From a virus: DNA of 64,000 nt. The stretch covers positions 1 through 64,000 of the IMG/VR virus record IMGVR_UViG_3300028558_000018, one strand, 5' to 3'. Numbering within the stretch: position 1 is the first letter of the stretch; each line of letters begins with the position of its first letter. Shown here piece by piece: positions 1 through 10,403 of the stretch. The position numbers were made by a program, and so were the translations under genes. The notes under the pieces are model-generated. The model did no database searches. It saw only the letters and a list, made by a program, of their open reading frames with translations, and had not been told where the DNA came from.

Positions 1-360
1 CAACGTGAGAAAATTAAACCAAAATTCAATAAAGGAATGGTTAATTTGGCTAACCAATCTATAACTTTCTTTATCTAGCTTATCGTTCTCCCATTTCGTA
101 AAAGAATCTAAATTATGATAACTCCTTATTTGTTTTTTATCGGGGGAGCACTCTAAAAATGGATGAATATAAGCCGGAACACCCGCTTTGGTTAAAATAT
201 CTAGAGCTTCTTGAACGGCGTTGATTTTTTCCAAAATATTATTTTCTGCGTCTTTTGCCGCATTTCTTTTATTCAAATCTTCTTTTAACGCTTCTCGTTG
301 CTCAAAATTTCTTAAATTGGCTTGAGAGAATAACGATTCTGATGATAATGGTTCGTTCAT
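1..360 (-). CDS. hypothetical protein, partial (runs off window edge)
   Basis: ATG at 360 (MNEPLSSESLFSQANLRNFEQ...), frame open to position 1 by manual translation. Confidence 0.7.
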   Translation of the reverse strand, partial: MNEPLSSESLFSQANLRNFEQREALKEDLNKRNAAKDAENNILEKINAVQEALDILTKAGVPAYIHPFLECSPDKKQIRSYHNLDSFTKWENDKLDKESYRLVSQINHSFIEFWFNFLTL

Positions 361-362
361 GG

Positions 363-671
363 TTAATCTTTTAATTGTTTGCCTACCTCATCGCAAACAC
401 TTTCGTAATTTTTCTTCATCATCGTCATTAACTTATTCCAACTACCATAACTTTTTCCTGTATTTTTAGCATAAAATCTATCTCGCGCCGCGTGTTCTAT
501 CATATCAATTAAGGGAAGCGTGAAATTCTCTTGACCATACATCATTGGCATACCGTGTTTCCCTGTCTTTTTATACCCATAAAGAATTACGCCTAATGTC
601 GGCTCGCTTTTAGACTCAAATGAATATAATAGATATGCATCTATTTTAATGACCGTTTTCAATTTAATCAT
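363..671 (-). CDS. hypothetical protein
   Basis: ORF coupled by ATGA-type overlap to 668..880. Confidence 0.7.
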   Translation of the reverse strand: MIKLKTVIKIDAYLLYSFESKSEPTLGVILYGYKKTGKHGMPMMYGQENFTLPLIDMIEHAARDRFYAKNTGKSYGSWNKLMTMMKKNYESVCDEVGKQLKD

Positions 672-880
672 TTAACACCCCTTTCGAATTCCTTAGAATA
701 TTCTAACGCATAAATAATCTTTTCTTCAATTGGACCTAAGATATTCCGCTCTTGCCATACCATTATCGGGCCGCGCTTTAATTCTACCCATTTATTACCT
801 TCTTCTGTGTGAAAAGTGAGAGAGTAGCAAAAATATAATTCGTCGCGGACTCTTTGAATTGCTTCGGTTAATGCGTCCAT
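668..880 (-). CDS. hypothetical protein
   Basis: tightly packed minus-strand operon. Confidence 0.65.
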   Translation of the reverse strand: MDALTEAIQRVRDELYFCYSLTFHTEEGNKWVELKRGPIMVWQERNILGPIEEKIIYALEYSKEFERGVK

Positions 881-882
881 AA

Positions 883-1665
883 TTATTTGGTGGTTAATTC
901 TTTATAACTTTGGAATGAAAAGTTTGTCGAACACGCATAATCTTTACTCGGCTTGGCGAATGAACTTTGGTTAAGAATGGAAACGTAAGTTATCCACGCT
1001 TTAGCATCCTCTCGTTTATTATACAAAATTGTCTTAACTTTCATTTCCTGAAACTTCTTATCCTTATTAAATTCATTCAAAGCCTCATCAATGCTCACTT
1101 GATGGATATGCTCGCTATCCTGTTCGCGAAAAATAATCATCTCGCGTTCAATTTCTTCCCCATAACTAGGAATAATCGCCGCGCCGTTAATTAGGGTGTT
1201 AACTGCAACTAGATTATCAAAAAACGGCCAGCACATTATTAAATTAGGCGTCCAAAGTTTCTTTAACTCTTCTTGATCAAAGCGATAATGATAATATTTT
1301 GCTTCTTTATTTGTTTTCCACGCTGTATAAATTTTGATTAAATCGTAATAGGCTTGGCTATTTTTCATCAGCACAATTACTTTATGATTACTCGCTAATG
1401 ATTCTTCGGTTTTATCGAATCTATTATTGGTCATCAATATTTCTAAACCAAAAATAAGTTGCAATCCCTCAGCTTTGAAATTATTATTTAGACTAACAAA
1501 TGAGTGGAAATTGTTGGAAATTACGATTACTTTTTTCAATCCGGCCTCTTTTGCGAGTTGAATAATACTCACTGGCCCGCCTTCTGTGCATTCTTTTGGC
1601 AACCAATCCACGACTAAGGATTTTTGCGACGAATTATCATAAAATACAGCGGTGATATCACTCAT
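883..1665 (-). CDS. stand-alone PHP domain resembling the N-terminus of DNA polymerase III alpha (DnaE)
   Basis: motifs AKEAGLKKV, LIFGLEI, HKVIVLMKNSQAYYDLIKIYT are DnaE-PHP-like; start probably Met at 1665 rather than 1689. Confidence 0.7.
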   Translation of the reverse strand: MSDITAVFYDNSSQKSLVVDWLPKECTEGGPVSIIQLAKEAGLKKVIVISNNFHSFVSLNNNFKAEGLQLIFGLEILMTNNRFDKTEESLASNHKVIVLMKNSQAYYDLIKIYTAWKTNKEAKYYHYRFDQEELKKLWTPNLIMCWPFFDNLVAVNTLINGAAIIPSYGEEIEREMIIFREQDSEHIHQVSIDEALNEFNKDKKFQEMKVKTILYNKREDAKAWITYVSILNQSSFAKPSKDYACSTNFSFQSYKELTTK

Positions 1666-1688
1666 TTTTAAATATTTACAGAAAATCA

Positions 1689-1715
1689 TTTCACACTGTA
1701 AAGTTTTTAGGGTAT
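1689..1715 (+). promoter_or_regulatory. putative phage-sigma promoter TTTCAC-N15-GGGTAT upstream of tnpB
   Basis: same 27-nt architecture found at 7 intergenic sites in the window. Confidence 0.6.
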
Positions 1716-1728
1716 CTGTAAGTAGAAA

Positions 1729-2943
1729 ATGCTAAAAGCATACAAATATCGGCTTTACCCCACGAAAGATCAAGAAATTCTTTTAGCGAAACATTTCGGC
1801 TGCGCTCGGTGGATGTATAATTATGGTTTGGAAGAAAAGATAAAAGCATATGAAAAGAAAGAGAAGTTAAGCTGTTTCGATATAATTAATCGTGTCGTAG
1901 TGATGAAAGAAAGTCAAGAGTTTTCTTGGTTAAACGAGGTAAATTCCCAAAGCCTTCAAATGGCGGCGCGAAACTTGGATAATGCTTTTCAAAGATTTTT
2001 CAAAGAAAAGAAAGGGTTTCCAAAATTTAAAAACAAAAAATCTAATCGTCATTCTTTTCAATGTTCCCAGCACGTAAGAGCGGATTTTTCCTTGGGTTAT
2101 CTACATCTTCCCAAATTTATTAAAGAAAATCAAATTAAAATTAAATTTCATCGTAAATTCGAAGGGAAAATTAAAACTACAACCATATCTAAAACTCCAT
2201 CCGGTAAATATTTCGCCTCTATCGTAGTGGAAACTCCTGATAAAATTCCCGAATTAAAACTAATTAATGAATCTACCACTATTGGCATAGACACCGGAAT
2301 TAAAACGTTTTTAACTCTTTCTAATAGAACTACTTTTGAAAACAATAAATATTTAAAACAATCACTTAAAAAACTTAAAAAACTAAACCGCACCCATTCT
2401 CGAAAGAAAAATGGAAGTGCAAACAAAGAAAAATCGCGAATTAAACTAGCAAAACAACACGAGAAAGTTACGAATCAACGAAACGATTATATTCATAAAA
2501 CAACTTCAAAAATTGTAAACGATAACCAAGTTAGCGCAATTTGCATTGAAGATTTGAATATTAAAGGAATGGTCAAAGAAAAGAATAAAAACTTCAATAG
2601 AGCTTTATCTGACGTAAGTTTGGGTAAATTCTATGAAGTTTTAAAATACAAATGCGAATGGAAAGGAATTAATTTGATTAAAATTGGCCGATTTGAGGCG
2701 AGTTCAAAAACTTGTTCCAATGACGGTTACGTTAATCATAATTTAACCCTTGCTGATCGCAATTGGGTATGTCCGATTTGTGGGACCAACCATGATCGCG
2801 ACTTAAACGCGGCAATCAATATTAAGAAATTCGGCTTGCTATCAGGCAAGCCACTACCGATGGAATGTCGGGAAGTCAAGCCTGTGGAGACTCGCATTAG
2901 TGGGTCTGCGAAGCAGGAAATTTTACCCCTTCGGGTGAGGTAA
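1729..2943 (+). CDS. tnpB: IS200/IS605-family RNA-guided endonuclease TnpB
   Basis: N-terminal KAYKYRLYPT HTH; RuvC-I GIDTGIK, RuvC-II IEDLNI, zinc finger CSNDG/CPICG, RuvC-III DRDLNAAINI; catalytic D-E-D intact. Confidence 0.95.
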   Translation: MLKAYKYRLYPTKDQEILLAKHFGCARWMYNYGLEEKIKAYEKKEKLSCFDIINRVVVMKESQEFSWLNEVNSQSLQMAARNLDNAFQRFFKEKKGFPKFKNKKSNRHSFQCSQHVRADFSLGYLHLPKFIKENQIKIKFHRKFEGKIKTTTISKTPSGKYFASIVVETPDKIPELKLINESTTIGIDTGIKTFLTLSNRTTFENNKYLKQSLKKLKKLNRTHSRKKNGSANKEKSRIKLAKQHEKVTNQRNDYIHKTTSKIVNDNQVSAICIEDLNIKGMVKEKNKNFNRALSDVSLGKFYEVLKYKCEWKGINLIKIGRFEASSKTCSNDGYVNHNLTLADRNWVCPICGTNHDRDLNAAINIKKFGLLSGKPLPMECREVKPVETRISGSAKQEILPLRVR

Positions 2944-2968
2944 TTCACCAACCCAAAATTGTTCACCG
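2855..2968 (+). ncRNA. TnpB omega-RNA (reRNA) scaffold, IS right end (TTCAC 2944-2948) and ~20-nt guide from 2949
   Basis: typical scaffold ccgatggaatgtcgggaagtcaagcctgtggag...gaagcaggaa, terminal hairpin ttacc-ccttcggg-tga-ggtaa, then TTCAC; 5' boundary approximate. Confidence 0.7.
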
Positions 2969-3309
2969 GAAAGAATATCCGCCCGTTCTTTAATTTTTTC
3001 AATCAAATAACCTTGCTCCGACTCTTCCAATATCTCCTTGGCCGCGCACCAAAGATATTCCACTCGCTGAATTGGGCTAACCTCCTTTAATTGGCCCGTT
3101 TTGCGAATTTCTAATTGAAGGTAGCTCACTCGGGTAAAAACATTTGCAATTTCTAATTCTAAATTAGTGCGTTCTTGATAAGAAGTCGCAATTTTGTCGT
3201 TAACCCAATTACTTTGAATTTCCAGTTTGCGCTGTTTTAATTGGGCTAATTCAAGAGTTTTTTCGCGTAGTTCGTCCTTTAATTGCTTTAATTTTTCTTT
3301 ATTATTCAT
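2923..3309 (-). CDS. coiled-coil hypothetical protein; C-terminus now supplied by the IS right end
   Basis: last codons (GELPHPKG*) lie inside the right-end hairpin. Confidence 0.7.
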   Translation of the reverse strand: MNNKEKLKQLKDELREKTLELAQLKQRKLEIQSNWVNDKIATSYQERTNLELEIANVFTRVSYLQLEIRKTGQLKEVSPIQRVEYLWCAAKEILEESEQGYLIEKIKERADILSGEQFWVGELPHPKG

Positions 3310-3475
3310 TTTGTTTCTTTGATTAATTTTAATTCGCCGAAAATATTAGTGCCATTAATATACCAAAGGGCTAGAATTTTATTATCATAAATTGCGCGCT
3401 CTTTTTTATTTTTAGTAATAAACTCCCCATTGGAACCTATCCAATATTTGTTATTAATTGTTTTAATGGAATATT

Positions 3476-3841
3476 TCATGAGTTTAAATAAGGTTTTAGC
3501 ACTTCTTCAATACGATACTTGATGAACTCTGCGTGACAAGCTCTAAATGTGGGTGCGCCTGCACACCAGCATAGCAAACTTACGCTTTTCCCTTTGTAAA
3601 CTTTCCGCGCAATTTTCAATGTTTCTTGTTTCATCGGGCCATCACGCTCCCAATCGGCGTCATAATCGGCTTTGTATTTTGAGAGAACTTCGGCGCGTTT
3701 AATATCGTCGCGATAATCTTCTAAAATATATTTATTTCCCAATATAGGATTAACTCTATCCACATGAATGACTTCCGTATCTTTTCTCGGCGGCGCGGCC
3801 CCGCTTCTTTTATTGCCGATATAGATATTACCAAATTTCAT
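3476..3841 (-). CDS. DUF4326-like protein
   Basis: VDRVNPILGNKY and LLCWCAG..CHAEFI motifs. Confidence 0.75.
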   Translation of the reverse strand: MKFGNIYIGNKRSGAAPPRKDTEVIHVDRVNPILGNKYILEDYRDDIKRAEVLSKYKADYDADWERDGPMKQETLKIARKVYKGKSVSLLCWCAGAPTFRACHAEFIKYRIEEVLKPYLNS

Positions 3842-4199
3842 AGATTTTTAATCCCCTCATATTTTAACACTCTATCAGCGTAACTCCTCATTCCAATAAC
3901 GTAATCTAAAGGAGTCAAATAACTTTCTCTTTGGGGAGGGTCAAATTCCCAATATGGATTTTTCGCGCCCATAATACGTTTTTGATCATTATTTAATTTT
4001 TGAGAAATCCAAAATTCGCATTCATCCCAATCCGATAAATTATTAGGGTCTAGTTCCATAATTATTTAATTTTAATAATTCTAATTCGTGTTTTTGAATT
4101 CTTTGAACGGCGAAAATAATATATTGTGGAGGAATAATAAGGGTATTTTTAGCTAATTGGCTCCAAATAGAGACTAAATGCAAATCATATTCTATTTGA

Positions 4200-4817
4200 T
4201 TATTCATTTTTAATTAATTCCACGCGACCCTCACCTAAAAACTCAATATAATCCAATTCAGGATATAAATCTTCAAATCCTTGGGATGTATGGGGATAAA
4301 ATAATCCTATAAATGAACAATTAAAAATTTTACTCTCATGCCAAGAAGATTTAATTGGGCCAATATCCTTGCTCCACCCACCTTGGCAATATCTGCTCCC
4401 ATAATTATGAAACCCTTGAGATTGCTCTAATTCAAATTTATAATTATTTTTTGCAATTTCGTAAAAAGCCATCATATTTGCCTCGTCTCCCAACATATCA
4501 ATATAATCTCCCTCATCCATCCAATTGCTAACTGAATGTTTATGATTATCACATTCGGGGCTAATTCCCGTTACGCTGTTTAAAATCAATAATTCTTCTT
4601 CTAAAAACCCGTCTTTGCTTACCTTAATCTCTTCTAATTTAATATTTTTATCTAAACGCGGGGAATAAATAATTTGAGATTCATTGTCGATAAAATCATA
4701 ACCCCCCTTGCTGTCTGAAAAACAAAATTCATCCTCGGAGAGATTCGGCGGGCGACCATCTTCCATAAATAGCCCCTCGGAAAGAAGGGCGACTCTAACA
4801 TATACGGGGATACTCAT
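4200..4817 (-). CDS. hypothetical acidic protein
   Basis: 205-aa ORF in operon context. Confidence 0.65.
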   Translation of the reverse strand: MSIPVYVRVALLSEGLFMEDGRPPNLSEDEFCFSDSKGGYDFIDNESQIIYSPRLDKNIKLEEIKVSKDGFLEEELLILNSVTGISPECDNHKHSVSNWMDEGDYIDMLGDEANMMAFYEIAKNNYKFELEQSQGFHNYGSRYCQGGWSKDIGPIKSSWHESKIFNCSFIGLFYPHTSQGFEDLYPELDYIEFLGEGRVELIKNE

Positions 4818-5789
4818 AATTATTTAAATATATTCAATTACCCATTCTTGAGACGGGCGAACAATTGCTTTCCCATAAAACCTCCCGCCCCATGATTTTT
4901 CCCAGAAAATTTGCGTATGGTCTAAAAATCTCCCAATATGTTTTTGGGGATTAATAAAATACACCTTCCCCTTTTTACTTAAATTAGATTTTGTGCGAGA
5001 CGTATCCCCATTTTCATGTTTGATTCTAACTTCTCTACATGGAATATAGTAAAGCGCGGTAATTGGGTCTTTTAGCCGGAAGGGTTTAACATTTTTCATG
5101 GGTTATTTTTACCTTTTTATACTCTACTCCTTCCGCGCCATCATTAATAGCCTCTTCATAAGCCCCATCAAGCATTTTAGTAACCAAAGTCTCTCCGGTT
5201 TCAGATTCGTGATTTAACGCACGAAGAACGTCTTTCGCCCAATGGTTTTCATTAATAATTTTAAACTTTTTATCATCCAGAGGCCCGCCGTTCTTTTCTT
5301 TGGAAGCGAATGCGAGGACGGAAATCCCTACGGTGATTACTAATTGATCATTTTCGATTCTAGTATTTAACGCTAAATCTTTATTTTTCTTTGTTTTCAT
5401 AATGGATAATATCTACGGTTTTGGCTCTCTTTAACTTTATATTCATTAACAATTTGTTCAATTACAATTTTCGCCGCGTTTAATGTTGCAAAAGAGCCAT
5501 CTTCGTGACAAATTTCTAATGGCGAATAACATTCTACTACCCATCCTTCGAAGGATAAAATTTGCTCGGTTTCTTTATTCATAACAATTATTTAAATTCT
5601 TAATATTTACCCAAAATCTAGAATCTTCACCTCCATTGTCAAACCACACGCCGCATTTTGTTACCCTTCTAACATAATGTTCTAATAGCTCATTGCTTCC
5701 ATCCCATGCGGAATTTATAGAGTAGATGGAGATAATTTTCCCCTCTAATTTTTTAAAACTAAATAACGTGCGGCGAATTTTATTTTGGC

Positions 5790-6164
5790 TCATAAATTAT
5801 CATTTTTCAAAGGATTCAGTCTATCAGCAATCATCCCTCCATGCTCAAAAATATTCCCCACAACTTTCGGCCCGCCGCCCGCGAACCAAATAGTATCGAG
5901 TTGATAATCCGTGCCCGCTGCGAAAAAGCCACTCCCGCGATAAATGATTGCACGATTTTCTCCATTTACATTGACAATATCGCCCTCGTAAATGTCCACT
6001 TTGTTGCTGTCTTGGCGTCCGGTAAATTGTTGAATAGCAAAATTTTCTCTATTTTCTACTTTAGCAAAAAACATTAATTCGCCGCCATTACCACATTCAA
6101 GATAATCTGGGTTATCAAATTCTTGGCCGTTCCAGACGCGAAATTTAAATGTTCTTTGTTTCAT
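5790..6164 (-). CDS. YopX family protein (copy 1)
   Basis: KFRVW...QQFTGRQDSNKVDIYEGDIV...VVGNIFE. Confidence 0.85.
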   Translation of the reverse strand: MKQRTFKFRVWNGQEFDNPDYLECGNGGELMFFAKVENRENFAIQQFTGRQDSNKVDIYEGDIVNVNGENRAIIYRGSGFFAAGTDYQLDTIWFAGGGPKVVGNIFEHGGMIADRLNPLKNDNL

Positions 6165-6440
6165 AAATTTTCTTTAACCCGCTTTTGACCAATTTACCGA
6201 TTTGTTCTTCTCTAATATAATCTTCGTAATCAATTTCTAAAGATTCTAATAGATTGCCCAAATCTTCGTTATCTTCTTTCACCAGTGTTTGCTTATAATC
6301 ATCAATATCTCCATTATGATAATCCACGTTCCATGTTGCGTAATATAACTTGTTCTTTTTTAGCTCCCAATGTTTTAAATAAAAATTAGAATCATTCTTT
6401 TTTAAGAATTTAATTAATTTAATTACTTTGGTTAATTTTG

Positions 6441-6899
6441 TCATAATTTCTTATATTTGTAGAAACCTGTTCCCGTGACTTCTTCGTGCAATTGCCTCAT
6501 CGTGCCCAATAGAGAATTTTTCTCCGCATCTGTCAAGGCCATGTTTGCAGCTAATTTTAGTCCAAAATCAGAACCTTTTCGCGCCGCAATAATTTCTTCA
6601 TCATTTTTAAACGGGTTCGGCGCGTTAAATGCATGATTATATCTCACGCACATTGATGCTAACAAATCAATCGGGGCTTTTTTAGGAATAACCACCATTG
6701 AGTTAATATTAGGGGTAATTTCACCCTTTTTAATCTCACTATCAATGTATTCTTCGACTAACTGTGCGACAAATCTGCAACTCGCCTCACCATTTTGAGA
6801 CTTGTGCAACCAATCTAATAATTGAGATTGATTCTCAATAACGTTATTCTTATTACGCTCAATTAATTTTTGCTTTTTATCCATCACAGACCCCTCCAA
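6441..6899 (-). CDS. hypothetical protein
   Basis: ORF in tightly packed operon. Confidence 0.6.
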   Translation of the reverse strand: MEGSVMDKKQKLIERNKNNVIENQSQLLDWLHKSQNGEASCRFVAQLVEEYIDSEIKKGEITPNINSMVVIPKKAPIDLLASMCVRYNHAFNAPNPFKNDEEIIAARKGSDFGLKLAANMALTDAEKNSLLGTMRQLHEEVTGTGFYKYKKL

Positions 6900-8139
6900 G
6901 AAGATTTTACTACTTCATTCATCGCCTCAAATTGGGATTTAAGTTTAACGGGGAATAAATTATAAACTAATTCGCAAAAAGTAACAATTAAATATTCAAT
7001 TACAATTAACGTATATGCAATTGGGATAATTAGCGCAATAATCGGTTTACGAAGATATGGTTCTTTAATTTCTGAGATATTTTGTGGTGTCATAATGATG
7101 TTATTCTACGCAAATTGTTTCTTTTTCAAATGTTGCTTGGGCCGCTTTGCATCGCGCTTCGAAATTTTTCCCATCTAGCTCTTTTTGCTTACGCTTTTCA
7201 ATTACTTCCCGCGCTTTCTCCTCCGAAGTTACAAACCCGCGCCAAGTATCAAAACCATCAACCAAATCCCACCATAGAAAATATTTTTTCATTTGAGGGG
7301 TGTAAACTGGTGAGGCGTTCAATAGCCATTTTTGGATTCGAAATTTGCAACATTTATTCATAAATTATTTTAAAATTTTCCATTTCATTTCGCGGCAACA
7401 TTCAACAGCTTGACGCTTTGTGGGAAACGAGTCCAGCCAAAAACCATTCCATTTCGTGGGAAGAAAAACATCATAAGGCAAAATAGACCATTGCCAAATT
7501 CCCGCGTCATCATTATGATAAAATGTTACTCCTTCGTAAACTTTATCGCGAAGTAATTGGGCAAGTTCAATACATTCTTTATAGCACGTAGGACAGCTTC
7601 TCTTTGTCCGCCGCGCCCAATTTGAAGATTTAATGGATTTTTGTTTAATTTTCATAAATTATTTTCTAAATACTAAGTAATAAATGGGAGAAACGGTTAT
7701 CACGCAGCCAATTATTCCACCGATTATCGCCGATTCAATTGATTCTCCGCGTAGCCAAGCTGAGAAAGCACAATAAACTGTTGTTAGAATAATTAGTAAT
7801 ACTAAAATCCTCATTAGTTTAATCATGTTTGTTCTTGGTTGAATTGCGCGCCACGTTTAATTAAATTGTTCAAGCGATTGCTCAAATAATAAATCTCGCT
7901 AGACAACGCTTCTATTTGAGAATCTTTATCCAGCGTCCTAAACCCACATTCTACATAACCAATTTTCTCTTCTAGTTCTCTTGCATATTTCCATGCGGAA
8001 TCTTCATCTTGAAAAATTTCAGTATTAACGGGAGGCTCATAATAATTATCGTCCGCGCCTCCATGCCAAACGTGATAAAAATCCTGCCAGAACATTAAGT
8101 AAATTTGATTATTCGCGGACATTTGTAAATTATTGATTA

Positions 8140-9018
8140 TTAATATTTTGCGGGAACTGCGCCGTTGATTTCGCCTCCTGCTCTCAAAATTTCAAGTTCT
8201 TTTTTAGTCTTTTCTAATTGCTCTTGTAATCTACTAATATTTCCCGCCCGCGCCTTTTCTTTCTGCGCATTTTCATAATTAACCATCTCAATTGGAATCC
8301 CAAGACCTAATTTCCTCGCGCTATTAATAAAACTAATATTGATTCCCTTTTCTGGAGTAATCTTATCGGCTTCTTCGTTTACTGCTTTTTGAGCCACTTC
8401 TAAGGCTTCATTATAACTCTTACAGGGAATTACCGTTTCTTTATAATCCCGCTCCATATAATATTCGCTTAGGCAAAAATTTAAATTTCCCTTGGTGTCG
8501 CCAAATAGCGTAACGAATTTAAGTTTATCTCTATAATAGTAATCGCTGTCGTCTTTTCGGCTAATTGCGTCTTTAAACTCACAAATTGTTACTGATTCAT
8601 AGGTTTCGCTAGAATACCAATTACGCAAACGAACTAAATAATTGATTTTGCCGTCGATAAAATCTTCTAGATATTTTAGCCTCTCATAACGGGCGAATTT
8701 ATCCTTTTGCTCGGTAATTAACTTATTCGATTCGTTAATTTTCTTATAAGCGTCACTAACTTTTTCATCGAGAACTTTTAGCTCATTATTTCTCTTGACA
8801 ACGGCTTCGTCAAGAATTTCCGTAGGAGGCTTAATGAAGATTTCGCGCCATTGCGTTGCATTCCCCCAGTCAGTTTCGATATCTCCTTCCCAACCTTGAT
8901 ATTCGATTTCGGGGATTACGAAATAATAATTGTCGATTTTTGAAATGAATTTGGCTCGTGCGCCATCGCGATTGTAAACGATAGTATCTCTTTTAAGTTC
9001 TTCTGTGTTAATATTCAT
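8140..9018 (-). CDS. hypothetical coiled-coil phage protein
   Basis: 292-aa ORF. Confidence 0.7.
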   Translation of the reverse strand: MNINTEELKRDTIVYNRDGARAKFISKIDNYYFVIPEIEYQGWEGDIETDWGNATQWREIFIKPPTEILDEAVVKRNNELKVLDEKVSDAYKKINESNKLITEQKDKFARYERLKYLEDFIDGKINYLVRLRNWYSSETYESVTICEFKDAISRKDDSDYYYRDKLKFVTLFGDTKGNLNFCLSEYYMERDYKETVIPCKSYNEALEVAQKAVNEEADKITPEKGINISFINSARKLGLGIPIEMVNYENAQKEKARAGNISRLQEQLEKTKKELEILRAGGEINGAVPAKY

Positions 9019-9021
9019 AAA

Positions 9022-9417
9022 TTATTTTAAATAATGCAATTTAATATGGCAAAAGGGTTTATCATCATCTACTTTCATTCCGCCCCAAGAAATAAATGAA
9101 CCGTCTTCATCTTCGCCCCAAAATACTGAACTCGGCGCGACAGCTAAATCTAATTTTTTAATTAGGGTTTTAGCATCTTCGTCAGGGGCTAAATTTTCAA
9201 TGGCGCGCTCTAATCTTTCTAAATGATGCGTAGAACGAATATTTACCATATCTTGTGCCGCCGCTTCACATTCATCAGCGACACATAACCCATCGCATTC
9301 AGCCTCGTCATAAAATATCGTTCCACCAGCGTATTCATTTCTAATATAAAACGCCGCGACCCGAAGTAAAAATGCCTCGCGGGGTTCGTTGGGGAGCGGG
9401 GAGATTTGATCTTTCAT
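9022..9417 (-). CDS. hypothetical protein
   Basis: 131-aa ORF in operon. Confidence 0.65.
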   Translation of the reverse strand: MKDQISPLPNEPREAFLLRVAAFYIRNEYAGGTIFYDEAECDGLCVADECEAAAQDMVNIRSTHHLERLERAIENLAPDEDAKTLIKKLDLAVAPSSVFWGEDEDGSFISWGGMKVDDDKPFCHIKLHYLK

Positions 9418-9419
9418 AA

Positions 9420-9521
9420 TTATTTCAAATAACCACAGCTACACGGAGCGGAATCCCAACATTTAGGACATTTTGCCTTGAGCCAACCATTGGGCGCGGG
9501 GACTACTTTTACGCATTTCAT
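9420..9521 (-). CDS. small Cys-rich protein (33 aa, MKCVKVVPAPNGWLKAKCPKCWDSAPCSCGYLK), not in ORF track
   Basis: TTGACG at 9551-9556 lies 35 nt upstream of the ATG like other promoters; stop lies 3 nt before the next start. Confidence 0.55.
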   Translation of the reverse strand: MKCVKVVPAPNGWLKAKCPKCWDSAPCSCGYLK

Positions 9522-9552
9522 AAGAGGAGAAAACCAAATTGATTTCCCTTCG

Positions 9553-9894
9553 TCAAGAACTTTCTAATTTTTCTTTAAAACAAATCTTTGAAATTTCCCC
9601 AAACAATTTCGGCCCAGAGCAAGTTTGAAGATAAATTCTATTAAGATTAATAATTTCCTCAATATCAAATTGATCCGTGCGACCTTTAATTGAGCGAATT
9701 ATGCTAAATTTACGATTATTTTTAATAATTATAAATTCTTCTTTTCCCCTTGCATCAAATAAAGCGCGCTTTCTCGCGGAATCGGGACAATTATTAGCAT
9801 TAGCTTTTTGTTTTTCTCTATGAGTGCCACCATCTTGCCAAGAGCGTTTTAAACCGGCGATGATTCTAATTTTGGCTTTTTGATTTAGCCGCAT
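9553..9894 (-). CDS. basic hypothetical protein
   Basis: 113-aa ORF. Confidence 0.6.
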   Translation of the reverse strand: MRLNQKAKIRIIAGLKRSWQDGGTHREKQKANANNCPDSARKRALFDARGKEEFIIIKNNRKFSIIRSIKGRTDQFDIEEIINLNRIYLQTCSGPKLFGEISKICFKEKLESS

Positions 9895-9914
9895 GACTTT
9901 TAAAGTTGTTATAT

Positions 9915-10178
9915 CTACTTGTTGGGCAGAGAAGGCGGAAGCGGTAGCGGCATCCAGTGGGTCATCCGGTTATTCGTCGGAATCCACCCCGCGCCGTGCC
10001 GCCAGATTCCATAGTCTTTATCCCACGTGATTACATACTGGCAGCGGTTCTCTGCGCTGTATGCGAGGATTCGCGTGCCGTCTTTCGGGGCGGTCGTTAT
10101 CGGAGCCCAACCATGCGTTACAGACAATGCCGCGCACGGTTCCGGCGAGACTTCGGGAGTTGGTAGAGAGCGCGTCAT
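9915..10178 (-). CDS. DUF551-like phage protein in cassette 1 (first ~25 aa encoded by attC1)
   Basis: WAPITTAPKDGTRIL...THWMPLPLPP signature. Confidence 0.8.
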   Translation of the reverse strand: MTRSLPTPEVSPEPCAALSVTHGWAPITTAPKDGTRILAYSAENRCQYVITWDKDYGIWRHGAGWIPTNNRMTHWMPLPLPPSLPNK

Positions 10179-10199
10179 GTCTGATCTGTTTTGTTAGGC
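10105..10199 (+). repeat. attC site 1 (95 bp)
   Basis: R'' GCCCAAC, 5-nt spacer, L'' GTTACAGA (extra base), stem CAATGCCGCGC/GCGCGTCATG, L' TCTGATC, 6-nt spacer, R' GTTAGGC. Confidence 0.85.
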
Positions 10200-10399
10200 G
10201 GGGCGCTGTCCTCGAAATATGCGATGCGCTCAATCCAGTGCGCATGAAGTCGCGGGTGTTTCTTTATCATGAAAACGAGCGGGTTCTCATCTTCGGGGAT
10301 TTCCTGCTCCTCGCCATAGAGGGCGTGCAGAATCTCGCCCGCGAGCCATTCGCGGTGGGTATAGGTCTTGTCGAGGGGCCAAATCATTCCGGCGTTCAT
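10175..10399 (-). CDS. hypothetical protein in cassette 2
   Basis: 74-aa GC-rich ORF between the attC sites; stop TGA overlaps ATG of next ORF inside attC1. Confidence 0.7.
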   Translation of the reverse strand: MNAGMIWPLDKTYTHREWLAGEILHALYGEEQEIPEDENPLVFMIKKHPRLHAHWIERIAYFEDSAPPNKTDQT

Positions 10400-10403
10400 A
10401 GCG

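Noticed and set aside
2949-2970. Second in-window target for the TnpB guide (regulatory TldR-like role)
   Set aside because: Only short partial matches noticed (e.g. near 32676), and the RuvC residues are intact
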